Shown piece by piece: positions 12,953 through 25,662 of a stretch of 64,000 nt of DNA. The stretch comes from Squalus acanthias. Lineage: Eukaryota. The notes beneath the pieces are model-generated. The model searched no databases, was not told the origin of the DNA, and was given only the letters and a program-made list of their open reading frames with translations. How positions within the stretch are numbered: the stretch's first letter is position 1; each line of letters starts with the position of its first letter. A program made the translations under genes and the position numbers. Location: assembly GCA_030390025.1 (NCBI GenBank), contig CM059447.1, positions 15,872,001 to 15,936,000 on the forward strand, in the 5' to 3' direction.

Positions 12953-14755
12953 CTTTCAAACCAGGAAGGTGCCTGTGTTGCCTGCTGGACTCAGCACCAC
13001 AAGGCAGTTCATGCTTGTTCTGGTTGTCTTTTTGCCTTGCAACTGCCACTGCGATCCCAACTGGAGGCTGCCGTACCTCTCCATCGCCCTGAGATGACTC
13101 ATTTTCCCGTCCTTTGGCACAGTCTAGACGCTCCAAATCTAGGCTTGATTTCCCACTTTGGAATTTAATCTCCTGATGGACACAGCTGGCCCTAATGTTT
13201 CCCAGACCTCCAAAAGGGGTCTTCTGCCCAACAATCAAGGCCTGTGTGCCTGGAGGAAAAGAGCTGCTGTATTTTAACAAACTCTTCATGGCTGAGACTT
13301 CATCAGTTTGACCTAACATGTCTTGGTTTAGCACAGATCCTTGTGATAACATGGCTGCCTGCTGTAAACTTGAACTAAAAGGGTCAAGGTAGGAGTTTTT
13401 CCTGTCTTCACCCACTGGAATCTGAGGGCCCTGCCATGATGGTATGTGAGATCCATTGTAGCTCATACAACTGAGCTCCGGTGGCCTTCTCTTCATTTCT
13501 GAACCTATGTGCTCCACCTCAGGAAGCTTATGGTGTTGGTGCCGTATCCTGGCCACTTTCTGCCCCTGTGAGTCTTTAGAAGCTTTCTCATGTGCATCAC
13601 TGCCATGCTCCCGGTCCAGCATATAACTGGAGTGGGTGAGTTTGGCACAGCATGTCTCCAGCTCCTTCGAACAGAAACAATCCTGAGACTGTGGCATAAC
13701 ATAAGTGCTACCTTTCCCTGAGGGGCCCTTGGCTGCCTGAGGTGTGAAGGGCATCACCATCTGTGCACCAGTGCTGCTACCACACTGTTGTTTGGATTTT
13801 ATGGCTGAATTGTGGGGCCAGTCCATTCCTTTCCCATCTAGCTTCAGATGTGTGTGTGAATTAGGAACTGTCCCAATATCAGACCTCTCTGTGCTTTTCT
13901 CATGTGTCTTCTCCTTCCCTATATTTCTGTTGACCTTGCAGTTTTCTGCAGTGACTTGAAAAGGTCTACTTTTGTCACTGAAGTGTCCCACTGAAGGCAC
14001 GTACGTAGGCCCAGTGACCTTGAGCTCCCTGCCAGCCTTATCTTGAGTAGGGTAAAAAAGGTCTAAGTTGGAATGAACCTGCAAACAGGGGAATGTTCCA
14101 GAGGCTGTGCTAGATGATGGAGGAATGTTGGACAGTGAAGAAGGAACAGAGTATGCAACAGAATGGTGTGGCGTTTGCCAACTGTCCGAGCACTCGATAT
14201 GCATTGGACCAGAGGGACCATTTTCTCTGAAATCCCTCTCAAACCTTAAGCTCTCTTTGGTACACCTGCCTGGGGTATGGATGTCCATTTGCCTCGGTAA
14301 AATCCCACCAATATTAGTGCAGCTTGCTAATAAAGTCTTACTGGAATCTCCATTCATAACTTTGGAGTTTGTTAAACAGCTATTGAAGTGTTTATTTCTG
14401 TTTTCACACATGCTATTGTGCATATTTGTTATGTCTTCTTTGCATCTAACATCTGGCATCAGAGGCAGCACTATTTTATGTCTGTCCTTTCCATCTTCTT
14501 CTGAATGTCTCTCCTTGTGTGTCCTTTGACTGTTCATAGAATTGGCTTCATTTTTACTCATCCTTTCTTTACTAGGTTCCTTAGCAGCTAGGAGTCTGTC
14601 AGTTTCCTTGATGGTTTTGTGGGAGTGGCTCATCTCTCTGTCTCTGCTGCAGGAACCAATGGGATGGCTGGGTGCGGCTCGGGAAATGGAAGGAAAACTG
14701 TGATTGGTTGAGAGCAGGGTTGGTTGTCCAGGTAAATTCCTCAGATAGAAACCAT
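12953..14755 (-). CDS. BAHCC1: BAHCC1 large coding exon (probable exon 4), 1803 nt, phase 1-1
   Basis: Starts (D)GFYLRNLPGQPTLLSTNHSFP after tttctcaacttgcag|. Overlaps ORF 12918-14633 with BAHCC1 motifs GPTYVPSVGH, QKVARIRHQ, DEVSAMKSLLKYSS and GDGEVRQPPVGIAVAVARQKD. Donor AAAG|gtgaga; length is divisible by 3. Confidence 0.95.
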
Positions 14756-14964
14756 CTGCAAGTTGAGAAAGACCTCATAAGATCAGTGCATTATACTATA
14801 TCACCATCAATAATGATACCTCCTTCTGCTTTCTTATACACCTTACCTTCTTTTCAACTCAAAACCCACATTTCTATGTTCTAAGTCACTCTATACAATC
14901 GTATGATGAACAGGTTTTTTTTTTATATACAACATATTTTGCCTGAAAATGTTCTCTGCCATTT

Positions 14965-15500
14965 TGCTTCCCTTTCTTCCTCTCCTGAAGGTACTGACCC
15001 CTTGTGCTGGAGGACAATTCAAAAACACCAGTCGCTGTCTAGTATCTCACCCAAGTGGCCATTATTCATGTGTGAGCTTTGACAGTAAAGGGTTGAATTC
15101 CGAACACGTGCTTCTGGCACAGAGTCTAATCGACTGGGAGCACAAACTGGGATGCTCCTCAAAATCTTCTGTTCACTGTGGGCAGAAATATCACAGGGAG
15201 CATGACCGCTAGTTCCTAAAATATGCTCCAGATGAGCAAGGTCCTGTGTTAAGGGTGTGCATTTAGAAAATCAGCCCTTAAGGTTCAACAGGCTATTTGA
15301 CCACAGAAGACATCACAGACAAGCCCAATCCTCTTTTCAGCAGGCCTCCACGTATACGCAGCTCCAACAAGAACAGGAAGCCTAGCTGATTTGTCCTTCC
15401 CTAACCCGGGGAAGTGAGGGTAACTATAGCCTGCTGCCCAGCCTAGATCAGCTAATTCAGCACAGACTAGGATTTGAACCTGTGATCTTTCCTGCTGCAC
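14965..15500 (-). mobile_element. tRNA-derived SINE (second family in this window), interrupted by a MITE
   Basis: Reverse strand reads ggttcaaatcctagtctgtgctgaattagctgatct...gaataatggccacttggg...agtaccttcaggagagg; similar to the copies at 17335, 30655 and 63629. Confidence 0.7.
15089..15278. mobile_element. MITE with TAA target duplication (PIF/Harbinger-like) inserted into a SINE
   Basis: taa|agggttgaattcc ... gaaaatcagccct|taa; short imperfect TIRs; the host SINE resumes on both sides. Confidence 0.6.
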
Positions 15501-15539
15501 GTGGTAATGAATTATTGTTTAATGGAGAAGGGCCTGGCA

Positions 15540-15930
15540 TAATATTCTCATCCTTGTTTTCAAATCCCTCCGTGGTCTCGCCCATCCCGACCTCTGTAAC
15601 CTCCTCCAGCCCCACAACCCTCCGAGATCTCTGCGCTCCTCCAATTCTGCCCTCTTGCACATCCCCAATTAATCGCTCCACCATTGGTGGTCGTGTCTTC
15701 AGCTGCCTGGGCCCGAAGTTCTGGAATTCCCTCCATAAACCTCTCCGCCTCTCTATCTCTCTCTCTCTCCTTTAAGACGGTCTTTAAAACCTACCTCTTC
15801 AATTGGTTATCTGTCTTAATATCTCCTTAAGTGGCTCAATATCAAATTTTGCTTGGTAACGCTCCTGTGAAGCACCTTGGGACGTTTTACTGTGTTCAAG
15901 GTGCTATATAAATGCAAGTTGTTGTTGTTG
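15540..15930 (+). mobile_element. L2-type LINE 3' end
   Basis: Encodes ...STIGGRVFSCLGPKFWNSL...; tail gctatataaatgcaagttgttgttgttg. Confidence 0.85.
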
Positions 15931-16319
15931 TAAGACTGGGCTTGGTTAAAAAAGAGCAGCATAAAGCAGAGGTGTGAAAATAAAATTAACATTGAAGATT
16001 TTGTAGAGCAGAAATTATCAGATGATTAGATGAAAAATGCCTGTAATGTTTTGCTGTGCTCTGTTCTTTAAGTGTTTAATGGGCAAAGTTAAACTGAACA
16101 TTTAGCAATTAATTCGATCCATTAGACATTATCCTATACCAAGGAAATGCTTGTGAGTTCTAATACCCTCGGAATTTTTTAAACTTCAGAGGCCAGAATG
16201 TATCTCTCTCAGTATACCAAAGACAGATCATATATGTTCTAGTCAAGGGACTGTCTGCCCTCCCTCCATTTGGTAAGGCAGCCATCTTGAATTCTCTTAC
16301 TCCACCAATGGGGGATTTT

Positions 16320-16715
16320 AGTAATGTGGAGAAACTGGAGAAGCTGGGCTTGTTCTCCTTGGAGCAGAGAAGGTTAAGGGGAGATTTTTGAAGCTGTTCC
16401 AAATGATGATAGTTTTTGATAGAGACATGGATTTAAGGCAATTGGCAAAAGAACCAGAGGGGAGATGAGAATTTATTTTAAGCAGCATCTTGTTATGATC
16501 TGGAATTCACTGCCTGAAAGGGCGGTGGAAGCAGATTCAATAATAACTTTCATAAGGGAATTGGATAAATACTTGAAAAGAAAAAATTTGCAGGGCTACG
16601 GGGAAAGAGCAGGGGAGTGGGACTAATTGGAGAGCTCCTTCAAAGAGCCGCCACAGGCTCGATGGGATGAATGACATCCTTCTGTGCTGTATCATTCTAT
16701 GATTCTATTATTCTA
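16320..16715 (+). mobile_element. CR1 (HER1-like) LINE 3' end
   Basis: ttgttctccttggagcagagaaggttaaggggagattt...tggaattcactgcctgaaagggcggtggaagcag...tctgtgctgtatcattctatgattcta tail. Confidence 0.85.
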
Positions 16716-17334
16716 ATTGCATGGCCAGATGGGAAACATCTCAGGCACAAACCCCTGCTCATGGCATAACATGTTAATGGTTTCACTCACTACTACTTTC
16801 CTTTTAAAAAATATCTTTCCTTTTTGTTCCTGACTTGATTTTTCCCTTTCTTTCTACATCTGCCTCCTTCTCCCTCGTTCTCTCTCTCTCTGTGCTTCAT
16901 CTCTCTCTCGCCCTCTTTTGCTTAATCTTTTTCTCTGTATTTGTGTCTCTCGTCGTCCTTTGTCATTCCTTGTCTATGAAAGTGGATAATAATCACACTG
17001 AATAATTTTGTTTTGCTGTCAGTGCAGAGCCCTGTTTACGCTATTCATTCCTCATGGTCTCGTGGATAGGGTTTGGCAACTTACTGCTATGGCTTGGGTT
17101 CAGTTCTGATCAGGGAATTCATTCATTTTGCCTCCCCTAATGGCTTGGTAGGTACAGTCTGTTGTTAATATACAATCACTTCATTTGAATAATCTGTTCA
17201 TTTGAATTTCGTTTTGCACAGTGCTGTTTTATTTGCATTGCTTAGATTGAATGACTGCAAAATTTAAATTTTTTAATGCAAATAACAACTTTGTATTAAC
17301 AATCGATGGTAAACTACTGTGTTTTGTGTGAGAT

Positions 17335-17690
17335 AACCAGACAGCCCAGGAAGGGTCCAGGCTCGGTCCTGGTTTGTGTTACTCTCAGTCTGGGTGACAA
17401 TGAAGGCGCTTAGCTGTCCCTGAGCTAGGGAGAAGAAAGGGCTTCAACTCACTGGTGGCTATTCAATAGTGATTTTGTGCGTGTGCGTGAAGGGGGTGGA
17501 ATGTCAAGTGAGAGCAAGGTTGGGTTCAGCCGCAATGCCCCCCCTCCAAGATCAAACAGCTTAGCACCAGCCACTATCCAGAGACACACATGAAAAATGG
17601 ACATTTGGGTAAGGTACTGTAGGCTGACAATGACTGCAGGACAGTCCCACAGCATGAATCACCTCTGTCAGCAGAAGAGGGGTAAAGGAA
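17335..17690 (+). mobile_element. tRNA-derived SINE (second family), degenerate
   Basis: Similar to the 14965-15500 copy (cacacatgaaaaatggacatttgggtaaggtac...cagcatgaatcacctc). Confidence 0.6.
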
Positions 17691-18359
17691 GGTGGGGGGG
17701 GGACGGGGGAAATCCAGAGGGTTTCAGAGGCACTGTACACGGTAGTAAAGTTTACCTACAGCATTTAGTAGTGATGAAAATAATAGAGATTCTGCATTAA
17801 TGGGAGGATAAAATGGCCCTATCAAAGCAATAACACCAGCCAGCATGGTATTTAGCTAAAGGCCTTGTACAAACATTCAGCGGGTTGCTTTGAGCCATAT
17901 GTGGTGCATCATCATCATAAATATCAAGATTAAACTCTAACTTTAATGTTCACCACATAATATGAATCAATATGATTTTCTTCTGATTGCTTTTTTTTCC
18001 CCCAAAGAATCTTGGATTTTATTTGAAATAAATATTAAAATGCAAGGTAACAACTATAGCCCCATGAAAGAGTCCATCGGGTACTATTCAGTAACGCACC
18101 CTGCAACTATATTTCAGCTGAACTTTTCTGGTTGAAACAAAGTGCCACGTTGCAGAGCAAAATTAGGCTCTTAACTTATTCGAAATATGAGAATGATTTA
18201 TATATACGGTACTCCGCTAGACAAATAAAGGGTCATAATTGCAATAGTTCATTACTTCTGTTAAATTGAGACAAAGTTAAATTAAAACATAGAAATGTTA
18301 TTGGTATTACTATTTTGTAAGCTAATTATAAAATACATTTGGTTATGCTGGATATTTTA

Positions 18360-18530
<171 letters not shown>

Positions 18531-19062
18531 TTACGAGAGGGTACCAATATTTCCTTTTAGACTATACTTCAGTTATCATAGTTCAAGCAATAAAGTGGTT
18601 TTCAAACAAATGTCTTGTAATTGCAAACAGACCACGAAAAAGAAACCACTGAGGTTTCTAATGCTTCTGTGTATGATGAAAAAGAATAACAAAAGATATA
18701 ATCTCCTCAGTCCCTGTATTTTATTTATGACTGATACAGTGGATTCAACTACTGTACTTTCACAGAGTAGTCTGGCATGTTGCCCTTCACTTTGAGAGCC
18801 TGAAACTCAGTTCAACTGCGGATGATTTATCAAAAAGGTCACTTCTCGTTCTCTCGGAAGACTACCGAATGGCAACTAACAATAAATTATAATTAAGGGC
18901 AAGTTAAAAATCCACTGTCCATTATAATCTGTTCTTATCTATGCTGATAAAATCATAGAAGTTACAGACAGAAGTAGGCCATTTGGCCCACTGTGCCTGT
19001 ACTGGTGCCAGCCCCTTCACTGGAGCAACCTACTCTAATCCATTCTCTTTCCTTTTCCTCTT

Positions 19063-20745
19063 CATATAAGAACATAAGAAATAGGAGCTGGAGTAGGCCA
19101 TTTGGCCCTTCGAGCCTGCTCCGCCATTCAACAAGATCATGGCTAATCTTCTACCTCAACTCCACCTTCCTGCACTATCCCCATATCCCTTAGTTCCCAA
19201 AAATTTATCGACCTCTGTCTTAAATATACTCAACAACTGAGCCTCCACAGCCCTCTGGAGTAGAGAATTCCACAGATTCACCACCCTCTGAGTGAAGAAA
19301 TTTCTCCTCATCTCAGTCCTAAATGGCCGACCCCTTATTCTAAGACTGTGACCCCGTGTTCTAGATTCCCCAGCCAGGGGAAACATTTTCTTCGCATTAA
19401 CCCTGTCAAGCCCCTTAAGAATTTAATATGTTTCAATTAGATCACCTCTTATTCTTCTAAACTCTAGGGAATATAGGCCTAGTCTACTCAATCTCCCCTC
19501 ATGGGCAATCCCCTCATCCCAGGAACCAGTCTAGTGAACTTTCGGTACACTCCCTCTAAGGCAAGTATGTCTTTCCTTAGGTAAGGAGACCAGAACTGTA
19601 CACAGTACTCCAGGTGTGGCCTCACCAATGCCCTGTATAATTGTAGTAAGACTTCTTTACTCTTATACTATAATCCCTTTGTAACAAAAGCTAACATACC
19701 ATTTGCTTTTCTAATTGCTGTACCTGCATGTTAACTTTCTGTGATTCATGTACAAGGATACCCAGGTCCCTCTGAATGCAAACATTTCCCAGTCTCTCAC
19801 CATTCAAAAAATATTCTGCTTTTTTGTTTTCCTACCAAAGTGGATAACTTCACACTTGCCCACATTGTATTCCATTGGCCATGTTCTTGCTCACTCATTC
19901 AACCTGTCTATATCTCTCTGCAGCCTCTTTGCGTCCTCCACACAGCTTACTTTCCCACCTAACTTTGTATCATCAGCAAACTTGGATATGTTACATTCAG
20001 TCCCTTCATCGAAGTCATTAATATAGATTGTAAATAGCTGAGGGCCAAGCACTGATCCTTGCGGTACCCCGCTAGTTACAGCCTGCCAACCCGAAAAAGT
20101 CCCGTTTATTCCTACTCTTTGTTTTCTGTCCATTAACCAATCCTCAATCCATGCTAATATATTACCCCCAATCCCATGAGTCCTAATTTTGTGTAATAAC
20201 CTCTTGTGTGGCACCTTATCGAATGCTTTTTGAAAATCCAAATACACTACATCCACTGGTTCCCCCTTATCCATCCTACTAGTTACATCTTCAAAAAACT
20301 CTCCAACAGATTTGTCAAACACAATTTCCCTTTCATAAAACCATGTTGACTCTGCCTACTCATATTACGATTTTCTAAGTGCCCTGTTACCACATCCCTA
20401 ATAATAGATTCTAGCATTTTGCCTACTACTGATGTCAACTAACTGGCCTATAGTTCCCCATTTGTTCTCTTCCTCCTTTCTTAAATAGCGGGGTTATGTT
20501 TTCTACCTTCCAATCCTTGGGGACTGTTCTACAATCTAGCGAATTCTGGAAGATTAATACCAGCGCATCCACTATCTCTGCAGCTATCCCTTTTAAAACC
20601 CTAGCATGCAGGTCGTCAGGTCCAGGGGATTTGTCGCCACTTAGTCCCAATAATTTCTCCAGTACTATTATGTCTTTACTTATACTGATTTCTTTAAGTT
20701 CCTCATTCTCTCTAGACCCTTGGTTCTCCATTATTTCTGGAATGT
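19063..20745 (-). mobile_element. CR1 LINE, 5'-truncated RT region plus 3' tail
   Basis: [52 protein letters not shown] and RNFFTQRVVNLWNSL; 3' tail read as ttcttatgttcttatatg at ~19063-19080. Confidence 0.93.
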
Positions 20746-21148
20746 TTTTTGTTCTTCATTTTCAAATACTTACCTAATTACTAACCCTTTTAAATTATGT
20801 TATATAAATAGAAAACAAGGGATCCTTGGGACACACCACAATACACATCCAATCAATTTGAAAAACAATGATTTTTGTTTTCTATCCATGCATCTACACG
20901 CTGTTTAACACCATTTGCCTTACTTTCTGTAACGAGTTTCATATGTGGCACCTAATCAAATTCCTTCTGAAAATTCATCTATACAACATCTACTACATTC
21001 CCTTCATCTAATTATTCTGTAATTTCTTCAAAAAATTCAATTAAGTTAGTCAAGCACAGCTTGCCCTTTGCAAGTCCATGCTGACTGCCCCCAATTAGCC
21101 CAGGCCTGAATAAATGTTCATTAATTTCATCCCACATTATGAGCTCTA

Positions 21149-21659
21149 CGGCCGGGATTTGCCCAGTGCATTTAAGTGAGAGCTGGAGACAGGGCTATGG
21201 GAACCAGTCAATTTCCCAGCTTTTCCCACCAGTGTACTGCTGATCCCAAGTAAGAACAGAAGAGGAGTGCGCAGGACTTGCTCAATCAGCGGCAGAAGGA
21301 GTGCCGAAGGCACTGGAGGAGGGAAAGAACCTGCAGCTTCTATGTGGGCTCTTCACAAGCCATTTCAGTGAAAGATCATTTCATTTCCAAGGAGCTCGTG
21401 CCCCCTTTAACTTCAGCTCCTCTGGTGCCGCAGTGAGAGCCCTGCTGCAGCATCGCTGGATTTGACTTGTGGGGGTGGTGAGCGCCCCCTATGGAGTGCA
21501 GATACTACTAGCGAGCACTCCCTGCATGTATGATAAACCTTGGACCAGGAAAATGGATCAGGGTCATCGAGGGGGGGGGTGGAGGGGGGTGCGGGTGGGG
21601 ATGGCCGGATGTCCTCCTCACCTCTGGCAACAAAACCACCATGCAGGGAAATCCAGCCC
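21149..21659. mobile_element. GC-rich MITE with TA flanks
   Basis: ta|cggccgggatttgcc ... gggaaatccagccc|ta imperfect TIRs; interrupts the old CR1 RT region. Confidence 0.55.
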
Positions 21660-22133
21660 TAGAAGCTTACCCTTAACTGGCCTTTAATTTCTGGCTTATC
21701 CATTTTCCCTTTCCTGAACAGGGGTGTGACATTTGCCACCCTCAAGTCCTTTGGCATAGTTTCCATTTCCAAAGCTTTTTGGAAAATTATGGTTAATGTT
21801 TCCATTATCTCTCCCCCCCCCCGCACCCCCACCCCCCAATGTCCCTCAGTATTTTGGGTGCTTTCCACCTGAGCCCACTTTTCTACTTTCAGTCTCTTTA
21901 ACTATATTTAATACAGTTTTCTTTCGGGTAGTTATCTTCAGTGGTGGCTCTTCCATATCCTGCACAGGCACTCTTACAGGCCTAATTTCACCTTCCTCTA
22001 TAAAAATTGAGGCTAAGTACTCACTAAGTATCACTGCCATTACCCCACACTCAATTACAAGGTGGCCACCTTCATATTTAAGTGGTTCCATCCTTTCTTT
22101 GACTATCCTTTTACTTCAATGTGCTTATAAAAG

Positions 22134-22590
22134 GTGTACACTGATGATACTCAGCTCTACCTCTCCACCACCTCTCAACCGCTCTATCGCCTTTATCCGA
22201 CATCCATTCATCCCATTGTCATCTCTAGATTTGGCTATTCAAATGCTCTCTTGGCCAGCCTCTCATGCCCCACCCTCTGTAATGCTTCACCTCATCCAAA
22301 ACTCTGCTACCCACATCCTATCCCTTACCAAGTCCTGTTGACCTTTCATCCCTGTTCTCAATGGCTCCCAGTCCCCCAATGCTTCAAATTTAAAGTTCTC
22401 AGCCTTTTGCTTAAATCCCTTCATGGCCTTGCTTCTCCTTATCTCTGTAACCTCCTCTAGCCCTGCAACATGCCCCCTTCCCCCAAACTCCCTGTTCCTC
22501 TAAATCCATTCCCCCTCTTATTGTTCAATCCTCCCGCACCCACTTTGCCCACCAGTAGCGGCTGTGTCTTCAGCCATCCTGACCCTACAC
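22134..22590 (+). mobile_element. L2 LINE RT/3' fragment
   Basis: ORF 22134-22460 reads YTDDTQLYLS...WLPVPQCFKFKVL...HGLASPYLCNLL. Confidence 0.8.
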
Positions 22591-25500
22591 TCTGAAATTT
22601 CCTCCTGTACTTTGTCCATCTCATATTTAAATATCTCCACTGCTGGTCCACTGTTTGATCTGCCATCCTTTCCCAACCAATTAATCTAGGCAAGGACCCC
22701 TTTCATCCTACTGAATTTGCTTAATTTCCAGTCCAACACCTTTAGCTTCAACTCTCATTTTTCTATATTTATTTTCATTGCGAACCTAATTGGGAAACTG
22801 ACCATAACCTAAGTGTTCTCATAACTTCAGGTCCCTTACTTATCTAATATTATTAACTAGAACCAGATCTAGCACTGCATAATTTTTTGTTGGCCACGCA
22901 ACATACCGATTAAGGAAACAGTTTTAGATGCAATTCTAAGAACCCCTCCTCATTTTGATTACAAATGTTTGTCTATTCTCAGCTAACGCTGCAAACATCT
23001 TGGCTACAAATCACATCCTCAATTTCTTTCCCACCATTTGGCGGTCTATAATGTACTCCTAATATGGTAACATACTCCTTTATTATTTCTTAATGCAACC
23101 CAGACAGAGCCCAGCTAAGCATTGCCATTGATAAAAATATTTTCTTGCAATGGCTGCAAACAGTTCTGTAATTAACAAGGCCTTTTCTTCCTTTGGTATC
23201 TGTCCTGTTTATAGCCAGGAAGATTTTGTTTCCAGTCCCACCCCAGATGAAGCAAGGTTGCAGTAAAGGCTACAACATCAAATCCCTCCACTCTAATTAG
23301 TGCCTCTAGTTCCTGATTTCATTTCTAATGCTTTGTAACACTATAAACACTGCAACTCTGACCCATTCATATTCCTCAGTATCGCTTTGCCTTCTTTTTA
23401 TTATTCTTTCCTCCACTGTCCTTTTTAACCTCTCGCAATGCACCACCCTTGAACTTAATGACTGAGACTTCCTTGCCCTTAACTGTGCTTAGTCATAACT
23501 CCTCCACTTATGTTCTTACAGTAAATCTCTTCATTCCACCCACAGAACTTACAAGTTTAAACTCACACCTAGTTTGAATTCAAGTCATTGAAATTACTTG
23601 CAGTTCACCTGAACTTATAAAATTAGAATCAGCATGTCATCTTCCTCGGGTGGGTAGTAATGCAAGAGTGGACAGGAAGCTTCTTTTACAGACATTCCCT
23701 GTACTGCCAATAGTTATGCAAAATGATTGAATTCTGAGTTCATTTTCATAAATGACTGCACAAATAAAATTTATTAACAAGGAATTTGAGGAAATCATTG
23801 AAACAAGATTTCCTGTCTGCCACAGTAAGTACTTGCACTTGGAATTTCCTGTCCTCTGCTGCATCACTATCAAGAAGACTCAGTAGAAATGTTGTACTTT
23901 TCAAAATCCTGGGCCAGTTGTCTGCAGTTTCAAGCGCCAGCAACATTACTCAGCTGGACAGGAACAAAAACTGATTATAATGCTAAAAGACTGTTCAGCC
24001 CACACATAGTTAGAATTTAGGCTTTGTTGCCCTTTTAAAAAGCACCAGCAGAAATGTTGTTTACAATAGCTTATTAAGATATCCAATCATGGCAACTCCA
24101 TTTATGTGAGTCAATGAGTTATTTGCCCAGGCTTCACCTCAAATCATGCTCTTGTTAATTTGTAGGAACACCATCTTTTGGGATTCATTTTCATCTGGAT
24201 TGATTCCAAATTTACAATAATCTGCCTTGTTTTCACAGTTGTTCTATACCATTACTCCCCAAGATTAAAAAAAAGAGTTTTTTTTATTGAGCACTAATGG
24301 GTCCCTTATTAACCCTTTCACTGGCGTGAATGTGTAGTTTTGTGTTATTTTCAAGATGGGACGTGTACTGTCTTATTGCTATCCAGAGACCATTTTGCCT
24401 TAGTCACCAATAAGCATACGAAGCATTTAATCCAATCTTCATTCATACCAAAGCTTTTTAAAACTTTCAGTTTAAAATTGCAGGAATGTTACAACACAAA
24501 CGGTAAAGTGTTCACATAAATTAACAGGCAGATTGACGAGTGACAAAATGCCTTTGCCTGACATGTGCAGCATTTACAGTTACGTTTTTTGGATTTTTAC
24601 TCGAGATATTTTCCTTGGTTACTACATCACTGACAACCAGCGTGACCAGACCTCTCACCCCCATGAACCAGAGTGTGCCTTCACCTGCCCAATATCTAGG
24701 TGCATGCCGTGAGACCCAGGGGGTTGAACAGAGAACCCTTGTCACTGTTCTCCAGCTTCCGGGATGTTGCCACATGATCTTCTGCACTTCGCTCGGCAGA
24801 AGAATAAAAAGTGCGGCTTAAGCTATAATCTACAAGACAGGTTTGTTGAACATTAAGCAGATACAGCACTCAACATAACAGTATGTTTACAGTAAGTACA
24901 AACTTTACTATTCTTCTTGAAACATCTAAAACAACAGATGCTTTCCTGCGCTAATCTTCATCATAAAAGTGCCCCTTGAGCCACAGTTTCATTACTTCAT
25001 ACGTGGCTATCTGTTACCACACATCCTCTGATTAACCTCATGCATCTAATGACCTCAAACTAACTCTCAAATTTCTTTGAAAATATCTTGGAACAAAGGG
25101 ACATTAAAAACTGCATCTCCTGTAGTTACATCCGCCATTCCCAGGATTGCAGCTACAAAGGATATTTCCTGATCACAGTCATCTCTAGCACCCTTTGAAG
25201 CTCAAAACCTGTAATTTTAGGACATTTATACTTATCCAGACAGCTATCAGGGACACTGCCGAACAAGATGACATTAATGGTTCTGCATTTAACCTGCATT
25301 AGCATATTAAACTATCTTTTGTTCCGCACAAAGAAGGTACGGATGCATATTAATATCTTTGGCATGCCAATATAATGCATATTGTCCAGAACTTGATGAA
25401 TCAGCACTTCATTTTAATCCTGTGAGCACTGTAATCAGCAAGACGGCATCCAATAAGTAATCCATCATGAAAAAATGTCTAATTTTTGTCACTGTGCAGC

Positions 25501-25596
25501 ATTTACCCACATCTTTGCACCACCGTTTTCATCTTTCTAGTTAGGCTATTTGATAATAATTTCCTTTAAACAGTTCAATAATAATTTTAACAAAAT

Positions 25597-25662
25597 GCAA
25601 ACGATATCAATAATTAGCAAACTATATCAATAATTAGCAAACGATATCAATAATTAACAAAC
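25597..25662 (+). repeat. Minisatellite, 20-bp unit x3.3
   Basis: gcaaacgatatcaataatta / gcaaactatatcaataatta / gcaaacgatatcaataatta / acaaac. Confidence 0.9.

Larger units (their letters stand above)
20750..23400 (-). mobile_element. Older degenerate CR1 LINE (endonuclease to RT), interrupted by a MITE and an L2 fragment
   Basis: Remnants of NVVDVV..NFQKEFD.VPH (~20950-21000), ANVTPLFRKG (ORF 21659-21868) and an APE N-terminus-like segment (~23200-23340). Confidence 0.65.

Noticed and set aside
14107-14529. 140-aa plus-strand ORF and other ORFs overlapping the large exon
   Set aside because: Antisense or alternate-frame shadows of the BAHCC1 coding exon.
25597-25662. Short direct repeats considered as a CRISPR-like array
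   Set aside because: Head-to-tail tandem units with no unique spacers, in a vertebrate intron.
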